Part shown: positions 18,652 through 27,812 of the stretch, in pieces
Layout of the letters: each line of letters opens with the position of its first letter
Numbering within the stretch: position 1 is the stretch's first letter
From: Minisyncoccota bacterium
GTDB lineage: Bacteria; Patescibacteriota; Minisyncoccia; Phycocordibacterales; SBAW01
Length of the DNA stretch: 64,000 nt
Reading direction: 5' to 3'
NCBI GenBank assembly: GCA_035546615.1
Contig: DASZWM010000006.1
Location: forward strand, 144,417-208,416
Notes under the pieces: model-generated
Database searches by the model: none
What the model saw: only the letters and a program-made list of their open reading frames with translations
Told to the model about the DNA's origin: nothing
Translations under genes and position numbers: made by a program

Positions 18652-19986
18652 TTATTTTACCACAGAGAGCGCTTTGGTAAGCCGGGCCAGGGTTTTTTCA
18701 CGCCCAAGCAGGCCCGCGAGCGTAAACGGATCGGGCGATTTCTCCTTTCCTGAAAGCGCTACGCGCATGGGCCAGAGCGCGGCGCTCCTTCCGACTTCGG
18801 TCGCATACGGAAATACCGCTTCCTTGACCGCTTCGGCCGTGAACGATTCGTCGCCCATGCCTGAAAGCGTCTCGATGACCTTTTCCAAATGCTTAGAAAC
18901 GTCCGCGGCCTCAGCCTTCGCTCCCTGAAGCAATAATTCTTTCGTCGGGGCGGGTTCGGTATCAAGAAAATCAAACTCATTCTTGAGCATCTCCGCCGCC
19001 TCGCCAAGCGTCTGCGCCCGGTCCTTTATCAAAGGCGCCAAAGCCGGGATATCCCGCCCTCCGGCATATTCTGGACTTCGTAAGTCCAGATATTTCTTCA
19101 GTTGGTCGGCAAAGGCTTCGTTTGACAGGCGCTTCAAGTACTCCTGGTTGAACCATTTGAGCTTTACCTCGTCGAATATGCCGCTCCCCTTCTGGATGCG
19201 CTCGAGGCTGAATGCCTGCACTAGCTCGTCCACGCTGAATAGTTCCTGCTCCCCTTCCGGGTGCCAGCCCAGGAGCGCGAGATAGTTGATGAGCGCCTCC
19301 GGAAGGTATCCTTCGTCGCGATACTGGGTCAATGCTTTGGCGCCGCGGCGCTTGGAAAGCTTGGTGCGGTCCGGCCCGAGCACCAGCGGCAAGTGCGCGT
19401 AGGTCGGAATAGGCAGGCCGAGCGCCTGCATGATAAGTATCTGGCGCGGGGTGTTGGAGATATGGTCTTCGCCGCGCACGACGTGCGTCACGCCCTCGTC
19501 GGCATCATCCACCACGACCGCGAAGTGGAACACCGGCTCGGTCTCCGAGCGCGCAATGACAAAATCGCCTAGGTCGGTCGTGTCCACGGTTATAGGCCCG
19601 CGGATAACATCGGTAAAAGTGAGTGTCGTCTTCGGATTTCGAAAGCGTATGACCTCCGCACGCTGGCCGGGCTCCTTCGGCTCTTCTTTCGATACGTACG
19701 CGAGGTCCTTGGCGATAAGCTCTTTCAAAAGCGCCTGGTGGCGCGGCGCGTTCTCGCTCTGGCGGTAGAACTTGTCGTGCTTGAGGCCAAGCCACTGAAG
19801 CGTCTCCAGAATATTGTCCTCGTACTCCTTCTTGGAGCGCTCGCGGTCGGTGTCCTCGATGCGCACGATAAACTCGCCCCCGGTCTTCTTGGCGTACAGG
19901 TACGCAAATACTGCCGTGCGGTAATTGCCGCCGTGGAGCAAGCCCGTGGGACTGGGTGCGAACCGGGTTACGACCCTCTGTGTCAT
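18652..19986 (-). CDS. gltX: Glutamyl-tRNA synthetase
   Basis: RFAPSPTGLLHGGN (HIGH-type) and KLSKR (KMSKS-type). GluRS catalytic and anticodon-binding organisation. Confidence 0.85.
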   Translation of the reverse strand: MTQRVVTRFAPSPTGLLHGGNYRTAVFAYLYAKKTGGEFIVRIEDTDRERSKKEYEDNILETLQWLGLKHDKFYRQSENAPRHQALLKELIAKDLAYVSKEEPKEPGQRAEVIRFRNPKTTLTFTDVIRGPITVDTTDLGDFVIARSETEPVFHFAVVVDDADEGVTHVVRGEDHISNTPRQILIMQALGLPIPTYAHLPLVLGPDRTKLSKRRGAKALTQYRDEGYLPEALINYLALLGWHPEGEQELFSVDELVQAFSLERIQKGSGIFDEVKLKWFNQEYLKRLSNEAFADQLKKYLDLRSPEYAGGRDIPALAPLIKDRAQTLGEAAEMLKNEFDFLDTEPAPTKELLLQGAKAEAADVSKHLEKVIETLSGMGDESFTAEAVKEAVFPYATEVGRSAALWPMRVALSGKEKSPDPFTLAGLLGREKTLARLTKALSVVK

Positions 19987-20034
19987 ACGAAGATACTACC
20001 AAAAAAAGCCTTATATAGCTTGGCAGCTACTGTA

Positions 20035-20063
20035 TTGACAAGTATAGTATTTGGGTGTATAAT
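20035..20063 (+). promoter_or_regulatory. Consensus sigma70 promoter TTGACA-17-TATAAT with extended -10 (TGTATAAT)
   Basis: Exact consensus hexamers. Near-identical cassette repeated at 63767-63795. Confidence 0.6.
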
Positions 20064-20097
20064 AGTTAGGAACGGTTCCGAAACTAAACCCTCGAAT

Positions 20098-20403
20098 ATG
20101 GAGGCTGTCTTGAACGGCAAGATATATAAGGACTCTGCTGATTTCACAACGGCCATGAAGGCGGCCGCGTGGGAAACGCAAATGATCTGGCGCGGTGCAG
20201 GCAAGCGGCGCAAGTTCAATTCTGCGGCAACCGCCGCGATACAGTTGAATCTTACCGATAGCATCGCCGTGCGCGGACTCAACGAGGAGATCGTTAAGAG
20301 CCTCCGCGCTCTTGCGTTCGATGAGCCAGACAGCGTGACGACGGACGTGGAAGTCGGTCATGCTTGGGGCGCTTATTGCCAACGCGTTCAGCAGACTGCC
20401 TGA
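20098..20403 (+). CDS. Hypothetical small protein (101 aa)
   Basis: First ATG downstream of the consensus promoter. Weak Shine-Dalgarno. Followed by a terminator. Confidence 0.45.
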   Translation: MEAVLNGKIYKDSADFTTAMKAAAWETQMIWRGAGKRRKFNSAATAAIQLNLTDSIAVRGLNEEIVKSLRALAFDEPDSVTTDVEVGHAWGAYCQRVQQTA

Positions 20404-20414
20404 ACCAGTTCGAA

Positions 20415-20462
20415 CCCCGACAGTTGTTTGCTCACGCAAACGCTGCCGGGGCTTTCGTTTTT
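20415..20462. terminator. Structured hairpin terminator between convergent genes
   Basis: CCCCG...GTTTGC-tcac-GCAAAC...CGGGG followed by CTTTCGTTTTT. Confidence 0.55.
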
Positions 20463-20466
20463 ATAC

Positions 20467-21597
20467 CTACGCTTCGTGGCTTAAGGAGATATCTATCAGC
20501 GCATTTGCTATCGTTTTTGCGGCGTCGGGGCGGCCGAAGTTCCTTGCGGCTTCGGACATGCTGTGGACGAGGTCGGGCTTGCTTAAAATGCGGTCAACTT
20601 CCGCTACCAAAAGGCCGGGCGTGAGATTATTCTGCTCCACCACCACCGCGGCGCCCGTGCGCGCGTAGGCGAAGGCATTGCGCGTTTGGTGGTCCTGCGC
20701 GGAACCCTCAAGCGGCACCAGTATGGACGGCAAGCCCCAGGCGGCTATTTCGAATATGCCGCCGGCTCCCGCGCGGGAAATGACAAGCGACGATACGCCC
20801 GCCGCCATGCGTATGGCGAGGTCGTTGAGGTACGCGAATGGCTTGTACCGCTCCGGGTACGCGGAGTTCTGAAGCGCGATGCGCGAGCGGCCCTCCACCT
20901 CGGTAAAGTTCGCCTGGCCGGTCTGGTGGAGCACCTGGTACTTCTCAACCAGATGCGGAATTGCCCCTAGCACCACCTCGTTGAGCGCCATGGCCCCTTG
21001 CGAGCCCCCAACGATGAATATGGTCGGCAGCTCCCGCTTGAGCTTGAGGAACTCGTGCGCGCCTTCGCGAAGCGGAATGAGCGCCCCCTTGCGGATGGGG
21101 TTGCCGGTGTAGGCCACTTTGTCCTTGGGGAAATACTGCGCGGCCTCCTCGAACGACACTGCTATTTTCTCAGCGAATTTGCCTGCCCAGCGGTTGACGC
21201 GGCTCGGCTCGATGTCGGTGGCATAAATAACGACCGGAATGCGGAAGAGCCTGGCGGCGAACAGGGTCGGGAACGACGCTCCCCCGCCGGTGCCGAATAC
21301 GACGTCAGGATACAAAAAGAAGATGCGGAAGACCGACTTCGTAATGCCCCACGCGGTCTTAAAGAAGTCGATGAAGTTGAGGATGGAGAAATAGCGGCGC
21401 ATCTTGCCGGCCGAAGTGGGCACGAAGGTAATGGCGTTGGCGATGAGCATCTCGCGATCAAACGGCTCGGGAGCGGCGTAGTACAGCTGCGGCTCCAGGA
21501 GCTTGCGCTCGCGCACGAGGTCGCTGATGGCCTCGGCCACCGCGATGATGGGGTAAAAGTGCCCGCCCGAGCCGCCCCCTGTAAATAAAATCTTCAT
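20467..21597 (-). CDS. murG: UDP-GlcNAc:undecaprenyl-PP-MurNAc-pentapeptide GlcNAc transferase
   Basis: MKILFTGGGSGGHFYP N-terminus and GT-B MurG layout. Confidence 0.85.
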   Translation of the reverse strand: MKILFTGGGSGGHFYPIIAVAEAISDLVRERKLLEPQLYYAAPEPFDREMLIANAITFVPTSAGKMRRYFSILNFIDFFKTAWGITKSVFRIFFLYPDVVFGTGGGASFPTLFAARLFRIPVVIYATDIEPSRVNRWAGKFAEKIAVSFEEAAQYFPKDKVAYTGNPIRKGALIPLREGAHEFLKLKRELPTIFIVGGSQGAMALNEVVLGAIPHLVEKYQVLHQTGQANFTEVEGRSRIALQNSAYPERYKPFAYLNDLAIRMAAGVSSLVISRAGAGGIFEIAAWGLPSILVPLEGSAQDHQTRNAFAYARTGAAVVVEQNNLTPGLLVAEVDRILSKPDLVHSMSEAARNFGRPDAAKTIANALIDISLSHEA

Positions 21598-21603
21598 AGT
21601 GGT

Positions 21604-22710
21604 TTAAGCCGTGTGCCGCATCCTTCTGGACACGCTTAGTATAACGCCCGCTTCGGCCAGCGCCATGGCGAGCGCCGTGCCGCCGTGGGAGACGAATATA
21701 AGCGGCACGCCGACAAGCGGCACGAGGCCAAGGGTAGAGGCGATATTAAAGAAAGACTGTCCCACCATTAGGACCACAAGTCCGACTACCAAAAGGCCGC
21801 CGAAGGGGTCCGGCGCGCGCGCGGCGATGCGCAGGCCGAGCAGGCCAAGCGTCAGAAACAGTCCCACTAAGAGGACGCTGCCGACAAAACCGAACTCCTC
21901 GCCTGCCACGGCGAATATTGAGTCGCCCACCGGCTCGGGAAGGTAGGAAAATTTCTGGATGCTTTGGCCCAGTCCTTTGCCGACAAATCCGCCCGAGCCT
22001 ACCGCAATAAGCGACTGCTGTATCTGCCAGCCCGCGCCCTTCGGGTCCTGCGACTGGTTAAGGAATGTCTCGATGCGCTCGGAGACGTGCGGGTACACCA
22101 TCGCCGCTCCGGCTATCGCGGCGACTCCTATGAGCGCGAGCAGGCCCAGATGCATGACGCGTCCTCCTGCGGCGAACAGCACGCTCACTGACGCGGCGCC
22201 TATCATGACCACGCCAGCGGTGTTCGGCTGTGCCAGAAGGATGAGCGCCGCCGGGCCCGCAATGGCCAGAAGCGGAAGGATGCCGCCCTTGATAGTTTGG
22301 ACCGCCTTCATGCGTCCGGCATACCATGCGGCGAGCATGGCGACGGTCGCAAGCTTAAGTATCTCTTCCGGCTGGAATGAGACGGGTCCCAGGTCTATCC
22401 ACCTTGAGGCGCCTTTAAGCTCTAGCCCGATGTGCGGTACGAAGGTAAGGAGCGTCAGGCCGATGGCGAATGCGAAGAAATGCGGCGTGTACGGCCGCCA
22501 AGCGCGGTAATCGAGCCGGGAAATGACGAAGCACGCGACCGAGCCGCAGATGAGGCCCAGAAGCAGCTGGCTTACCGCCACGGAAGAGAATGAAGCGCCG
22601 TTTCGCGCGAGAAGGCCGAGCGCGGCGGAAGTGAATATAAGCAGGCCGAAGGCGACTATCGCGCATAGCACGAGCAGGAACGGCGTATCGGGGGACTTTT
22701 TCGTACTCAT
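21604..22710 (-). CDS. ftsW: SEDS-family peptidoglycan glycosyltransferase FtsW/RodA
   Basis: Ten-TM SEDS pattern. Located between mraY and murG. Confidence 0.8.
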   Translation of the reverse strand: MSTKKSPDTPFLLVLCAIVAFGLLIFTSAALGLLARNGASFSSVAVSQLLLGLICGSVACFVISRLDYRAWRPYTPHFFAFAIGLTLLTFVPHIGLELKGASRWIDLGPVSFQPEEILKLATVAMLAAWYAGRMKAVQTIKGGILPLLAIAGPAALILLAQPNTAGVVMIGAASVSVLFAAGGRVMHLGLLALIGVAAIAGAAMVYPHVSERIETFLNQSQDPKGAGWQIQQSLIAVGSGGFVGKGLGQSIQKFSYLPEPVGDSIFAVAGEEFGFVGSVLLVGLFLTLGLLGLRIAARAPDPFGGLLVVGLVVLMVGQSFFNIASTLGLVPLVGVPLIFVSHGGTALAMALAEAGVILSVSRRMRHTA

Positions 22711-22716
22711 GATGAC

Positions 22717-23769
22717 CTACAGCAGCGCTATCGCCATGCCGACGATGCCGCACACGATGCCCACAACCCAGTAGCGCATGGTCACCTTGTAGGGCGGCCA
22801 GCCTATCGCCTCGAAATGGTGGTGGAGCGGCGCGACACGCAGGAGTTTGCGATGCAGGAGCTTCTTGCTTGCTATCTGGGCAAGCACCGACAGCACGGTT
22901 ACCACCAGTAAGAATGCGATAATGGGAAGCGCCAAAAGGCCGCGGCCGAGGCCGTGCAGGTCGGTAAGGAACACGATTACGACGAGCGCTAGCGTAAGCC
23001 CCATCGTGCCGGTTTCCGACATATAGAACCGGGCGGGGGGAATGTTGAACCACAAGAACGCCAGCAAGGCTCCCACGATAGCAGCGCACAGCGCCGCAAT
23101 ATTGAATTGCCCCTGAAAGAATGCGATGCCCGCGTACGCGGCGAATATGCTGCCGTACACGCCTCCCGAAAGCCCGTCGATGCCGTCTATGACCGCGCCC
23201 GCATACAAGGACAGCGCCACCAGCATAAAGAACGGGATAAACAGGATGCCGAGATCAAGCGGTCCGGAGATGAACGGGAACGAAATGGCCGACACGCCGA
23301 GCTTGGAGTAGAACCACCACGCGGAAAGGAAGGAAACGAGCGCCACGACCCCCAGGCGCATGCGAAGCGGTATCCCGCGATGCCCGCGCACCTCATAGAG
23401 GTCGTCGATAAAGCCGACCAGCGCGCCTGCCGCGAGCGCCGCCAGAGGCAGCCACGTTTCCGCGCGGCTAATGAAGGCGAAGTTGCCGAACGTGTCCGGC
23501 ATAAGCGCGGCCAGCGCGGCGAAGATTCCCGCGGTTACAAGCACGCTCCCCCACACCAGGATGCCGCCTGCGCGCGGGGTGCCGGTCTCGCGCTTCTCGT
23601 GCAGCTTGTTGAAGGTTTCTGCGGGCGTGCCGTCGAGCGACACTTTGTTCGCGCCGGCCTTCCAGAATTTATATTTGTACAGGAAATGGCTGAGGGTCGG
23701 CGTGGCCGCGATGCCCAGCACGAATGCGGCTGTCGCGGGCAAAAATATGCGCATGATGTCGAGTGTCAT
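22717..23769 (-). CDS. mraY: Phospho-N-acetylmuramoyl-pentapeptide transferase
   Basis: MraY/WecA family motifs (DDxxD-like GFIDDL, HHHFE). Confidence 0.85.
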   Translation of the reverse strand: MTLDIMRIFLPATAAFVLGIAATPTLSHFLYKYKFWKAGANKVSLDGTPAETFNKLHEKRETGTPRAGGILVWGSVLVTAGIFAALAALMPDTFGNFAFISRAETWLPLAALAAGALVGFIDDLYEVRGHRGIPLRMRLGVVALVSFLSAWWFYSKLGVSAISFPFISGPLDLGILFIPFFMLVALSLYAGAVIDGIDGLSGGVYGSIFAAYAGIAFFQGQFNIAALCAAIVGALLAFLWFNIPPARFYMSETGTMGLTLALVVIVFLTDLHGLGRGLLALPIIAFLLVVTVLSVLAQIASKKLLHRKLLRVAPLHHHFEAIGWPPYKVTMRYWVVGIVCGIVGMAIALL

Positions 23770-24677
23770 AACGAGGGTTGAGGGTGCGCTGCGGCGGCGC
23801 GGCGTGCCGCTTCTATCAAAGCCTTCACGTCCTCGAACCGCCCGTCGCGGCTGGAGCCCAGGACGGCAATGATGATGGGATGGCCGATATGGATATCGAA
23901 TGCGGCGACCAGGTTGCCGCCCGCCAGATCAGTGTACCCCGTTTTGGCGGCTATAAGCCCGGGGATGCTCTGGAGCGGTACCGACGTAGAGTCCGCCGTC
24001 AGCACGTGCTCGCCGGAGCGGATGGTTACCGACGGATTGGCTGTGGCCTCGAACAAGCCCGGATGCTCGCTCAGGAACGAGGCGACAAGCACTGCCATGT
24101 CGCGCGCCGAGCCGTACGCACCGGCGGTCTCGAGGTCCACATCAAGGCCGGTCGGATTGCTGAAATAGGTGCGGGTAAGGCCCAGCTGGGCCGCGCGGAG
24201 GTTCATGGCGGCGATGGCTCCCCCGGGCACCGCATCAGCCGCAGCGGCCATCGCGTCGTTGCTCGAAGCGACAAGGCCGAACACGAGCAGGTCGTGAATG
24301 TTCCACGTTTCGCCCGGGATAAAGCCCCAGTCCCCTTCGGGCTTGAGGTCGTCGGTCGTAATGGTTACTTGCGCGCCGGGCTTGGCAGCCGCAAGCACCG
24401 CCTCCGCCGACATGAGCTTGGTAAGGGACGCGAGCGGCAAAGGCGCATCCGCGTTCTTGGCATAGAGCATCTTCTTGTCGGTCGGATCGTACACGACGGC
24501 CGCCTTGGCGCTGATATCCACCGAATCGAGGCTCATCACGGTAGTGGCAGGCAAGGTGGGGAGGGTCGGATACAAAGGGTTCCCGCTGGCGTAGAGGCCG
24601 GTCAGCACAACGGCGCACACGAGGCTGGCGCCCGCAAGCGTATACAGTACCGCGGTGCTGTCAGGCATTTGTTTCAT
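23766..24677 (-). CDS. D-alanyl-D-alanine carboxypeptidase (serine-type, PBP5/DacB-like)
   Basis: Signal/TM anchor. SxxK (ASLTK), SGN-like and KTG (AKTGYT) motifs. 4-nt overlap with mraY. Confidence 0.75.
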   Translation of the reverse strand: MKQMPDSTAVLYTLAGASLVCAVVLTGLYASGNPLYPTLPTLPATTVMSLDSVDISAKAAVVYDPTDKKMLYAKNADAPLPLASLTKLMSAEAVLAAAKPGAQVTITTDDLKPEGDWGFIPGETWNIHDLLVFGLVASSNDAMAAAADAVPGGAIAAMNLRAAQLGLTRTYFSNPTGLDVDLETAGAYGSARDMAVLVASFLSEHPGLFEATANPSVTIRSGEHVLTADSTSVPLQSIPGLIAAKTGYTDLAGGNLVAAFDIHIGHPIIIAVLGSSRDGRFEDVKALIEAARRAAAAHPQPSL

Positions 24678-25230
24678 TGTTCTGGCTTTCTTTCAGGCGG
24701 TACGCGGCTTCAAGTTCCGCAAGCTTGCCGCGCACGATCTCGAACTCGGGCAATTCGTCGCGATGCTCCACGCCCAGCTGGGACAGAAGCTCCGTGGTCG
24801 GTTCGTAAAGCCATTGACGCGCATCCTTGGGGTTCTCTATCTTGCGGACGAGCCCGCGCATAAGGAGCGTGCGGAGCGTCTGGCTTGAATTCACGCCGCG
24901 GATGAAATCGATTTCCGAGCGCGTAAGCGGCCCGCGATAGAGTATTGCCGACAAAGCTTCCAGGCCCGCGCGGCCGATATCGCGGCTGAGCTCCTCCTTG
25001 CGGACTTCTTCGACAAGGGCCGAGGTTTCCGGCGAGGCGCGCAGCTCCAGCGTTGTTCCGTCGTCAACGCACACGATGCCGCCGCTCCTAGCCTCGCGCA
25101 GATGCCGTATCGCAAGCTCAAGCTCGTCGCTCGTACATGTAAGCTTGGCTATAAGCTCTTTACGCGCTATAGGGCCGCCAAGGGCGAACAACAGCGCCTC
25201 TATCTTGTTGGATAGTTCCTGATCATTCAT
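24661..25230 (-). CDS. scpB: Segregation and condensation protein B
   Basis: Tandem winged-helix ScpB pattern. Confidence 0.8.
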   Translation of the reverse strand: MNDQELSNKIEALLFALGGPIARKELIAKLTCTSDELELAIRHLREARSGGIVCVDDGTTLELRASPETSALVEEVRKEELSRDIGRAGLEALSAILYRGPLTRSEIDFIRGVNSSQTLRTLLMRGLVRKIENPKDARQWLYEPTTELLSQLGVEHRDELPEFEIVRGKLAELEAAYRLKESQNNETNA

Positions 25231-25939
25231 ACGTCGGTGTCGAAACCTGGTCGGATTGCAGCTGAATATCGCCGAACTCTTTCTCCTGGCTTGCCATGAT
25301 TATACCCTGCTTTACCAGCTCCAAAAGGGCCAAAAAGCCCACTATTATCTCGCCTTTTTCCCTTTTGCCGGCGAACTCGCGGAACGACAGCCGCATGGCC
25401 GAGGAGATGCGCTTGGAGAGGCTCTCTATCATGTCCTCCAGCGACATTATTTTCTTTACCTCCACTTTCGGAAGCGCGGCAAGCTGCGGGAAGCCCTGGA
25501 TGAGCACCTGCGCGGCGGCTCTGAGCGACTCTTTTGTAACGGAGTCATCCGGCAGGAACATGGGCTCCGGCGCCTGCGGCGTGCCTTCCCAGAGCATTGG
25601 GCCGTTAAACGACTGCCTGAGTCCTTTGGCGGAGTCTTTAAGCAATTGGTAAACCGCAAGGCGGTACTGAAGCTCCTTGATGTCGCGCTCCTCGTCGCCC
25701 GATAGTTCAAGATTCGGCAGAAGCGAGCGGGATTTGATGAGGAGCAGTGTAGCCGCGAGCGAAACGAACTGCGCCGTCTCGCCGACGGGTAGCGTTTCCA
25801 TCGCATTGACGCTCGCAATGTACTCGTCCGCTACTTGTGCCAAAGAAATATCGTTTATGAGGAGCTTGCGCTTCTCGATAAGCTCGAGCAACAGGTCCAG
25901 CGGACCTTCATACACGGGAGTTTTGACGTTCAGAGGCAT
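25223..25939 (-). CDS. scpA: Segregation and condensation protein A
   Basis: ScpA N-terminal motif YEGPLDLLLELI. Confidence 0.8.
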   Translation of the reverse strand: MPLNVKTPVYEGPLDLLLELIEKRKLLINDISLAQVADEYIASVNAMETLPVGETAQFVSLAATLLLIKSRSLLPNLELSGDEERDIKELQYRLAVYQLLKDSAKGLRQSFNGPMLWEGTPQAPEPMFLPDDSVTKESLRAAAQVLIQGFPQLAALPKVEVKKIMSLEDMIESLSKRISSAMRLSFREFAGKREKGEIIVGFLALLELVKQGIIMASQEKEFGDIQLQSDQVSTPTYE

Positions 25940-27165
25940 TACAGTGTGAACTGCCCGTTATCGTAGATAACTTTCTGCGTGCCGTCGGTCAGATGCGCGG
26001 TAACGCGGCGTTTCGTAGTTGTGATGATATCGGTATGCACCGAAGAATCGTTATAGCCCAGCGCCGCCGACTGCTTTTTAGTGAGTTTGCTCACGTCGCC
26101 GGTGTAGGTGTCTTCATAGGCGGAACCCAACGCGATGTGCGAATTGCCCTGCGGGCCGCCCATGTTCTCGTCGAACAGGGTCTCGGCCATGAACTTCGTG
26201 ATGCGCGAGTGGCGGCGGTCGGTCATCGAGAACTCGCCGATGCGGTCGGCACCGGGCGTGCGTATCATTTCGTGCAGGAGCTTCTGGCCGGTCTTGGCGC
26301 GGCTCTTTACGACCCTGCCGTTTTTGAACCATAGCTCGATGCCGGTTATCTTGCTGCCGTAGCGGTAGAGCGGCTGGTTGAATCGTATCCAGCCGCTGGT
26401 CCCCCGCCAGTCGGGAGAAGTGAATATCTCAAAGCTCGGAATGTTTGCGCCGCGGCCGGAAAGCCATTTGCGGCTTTCGCCCAGCGTAATCCAAAGGTCG
26501 GCGTCTTCCCCTTCTATATGCAGGCGGTCTATTTTCGGCGAGAGGTCGTTGAGCTTCTTGTTGTACTTATGGATGTCCTTATATACGTCGTTCCACTTTT
26601 TTATAGGGTCCTTCTCATCAAGAAAGCATGCCTGGATTATCTCGTGCCAGTACTCTTGTATGGAAAGCCCCGCTTCTTTGGCCATACCCTCGGTGCCATA
26701 GAGCGCGATGGACCAGGACAGCTTGCCCTGATTCTCCTTGTCGCGGCGCCAGTCCATGAACTGCTTCATGGCCTTGCCCCGGCGCATAATCTTCTTCGGA
26801 TCTACGTTCTTGAGCGCCTGAGAATCCACATCGGCCAGGATAAAAAGGATATGGTCCATCTGATCTACAAGCCCTTTAAAGTAGTGCGCCGGAAAAAAGT
26901 CGAGCTGGTGGTCCTTCGCGCGCTCAAAAAAATCGGCGCTGAAGTTGTACCGGTCGTCGCCGTTTGGCTGGTAGAGCATGATGGTGTGCCCTCCCGCCTC
27001 AAGCACCGCATTGCGCACCGCGATAAAAAGCGGACGGCATGATTCCATGCCGTTTATGCAAACCACGTCGCCTTTCTTGATTCCCCTGCCGTGGCCCAGA
27101 GCGAAATTCACCAGCACGTCCGCGTAGCGCTTTAGGACCACCGGACTAGGCGTATACCCCTTCAT
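25939..27165 (-). CDS. Aminopeptidase, M29 (AmpS/PepS) family
   Basis: M29 thermophilic metalloprotease-like sequence across its length. Confidence 0.7.
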   Translation of the reverse strand: MKGYTPSPVVLKRYADVLVNFALGHGRGIKKGDVVCINGMESCRPLFIAVRNAVLEAGGHTIMLYQPNGDDRYNFSADFFERAKDHQLDFFPAHYFKGLVDQMDHILFILADVDSQALKNVDPKKIMRRGKAMKQFMDWRRDKENQGKLSWSIALYGTEGMAKEAGLSIQEYWHEIIQACFLDEKDPIKKWNDVYKDIHKYNKKLNDLSPKIDRLHIEGEDADLWITLGESRKWLSGRGANIPSFEIFTSPDWRGTSGWIRFNQPLYRYGSKITGIELWFKNGRVVKSRAKTGQKLLHEMIRTPGADRIGEFSMTDRRHSRITKFMAETLFDENMGGPQGNSHIALGSAYEDTYTGDVSKLTKKQSAALGYNDSSVHTDIITTTKRRVTAHLTDGTQKVIYDNGQFTL

Positions 27166-27197
27166 ATGGGCCCATTTTAGCGCAAATACAGGCTATT

Positions 27198-27812
27198 TTA
27201 AAGGCTCTTGATGTCCTTAACTATCTCCGGAAACTGCTCTTGATTCTGGTGTTTCCTGTCTTCGAATATTCGAACGGTAGCGTTGGGAAGCAAGTTACGA
27301 TACTTCTCAAGCTCGTCGATATTTACGATAGGATCATCTTTACTGTGGTATAGGAATATCTTTCCGGCTTGTTTTTCGAATTTCTCAAGAGAGCTGGGCA
27401 GGACGAATTCGCTTACGACCCTCTGAGTCTCTCCTTTTCCGCGCATCTCAAATGGAGCTGCGACTAGAAATACTCCATTTATCTTTTTTGGGAACTCCTC
27501 TTCGGACAAGTATCTCGCCAAGAATATGCCTCCAAGCGAATGGCCTACCAATATAACTCCATGTTCTATGAAAGGAATGAATCTTTCGAACCATATCTTC
27601 CACTCCGGATATCGGGCATTTTCCTTATTGGGCATGCCGGGATATATAACCTCGTATTCATCGCCAAGGCTCTGAGGAAGCCTGCTTTTCCAGTCCCCAC
27701 CGCCTTTGAACTTATCGATATAAATCGGCTTAGTCTTGAGATTGTTAAGAAAATCCTCGTAAGTTGGAAAAGCAGAACTGCCACCATGTATGACTACAAC
27801 TTGTTTTTTCAT
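27198..27812 (-). CDS. Alpha/beta-fold serine hydrolase (YdeN/RBBP9-like)
   Basis: GHSLGG nucleophile elbow with downstream Asp/His. AT-rich gene. Confidence 0.65.
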   Translation of the reverse strand: MKKQVVVIHGGSSAFPTYEDFLNNLKTKPIYIDKFKGGGDWKSRLPQSLGDEYEVIYPGMPNKENARYPEWKIWFERFIPFIEHGVILVGHSLGGIFLARYLSEEEFPKKINGVFLVAAPFEMRGKGETQRVVSEFVLPSSLEKFEKQAGKIFLYHSKDDPIVNIDELEKYRNLLPNATVRIFEDRKHQNQEQFPEIVKDIKSL

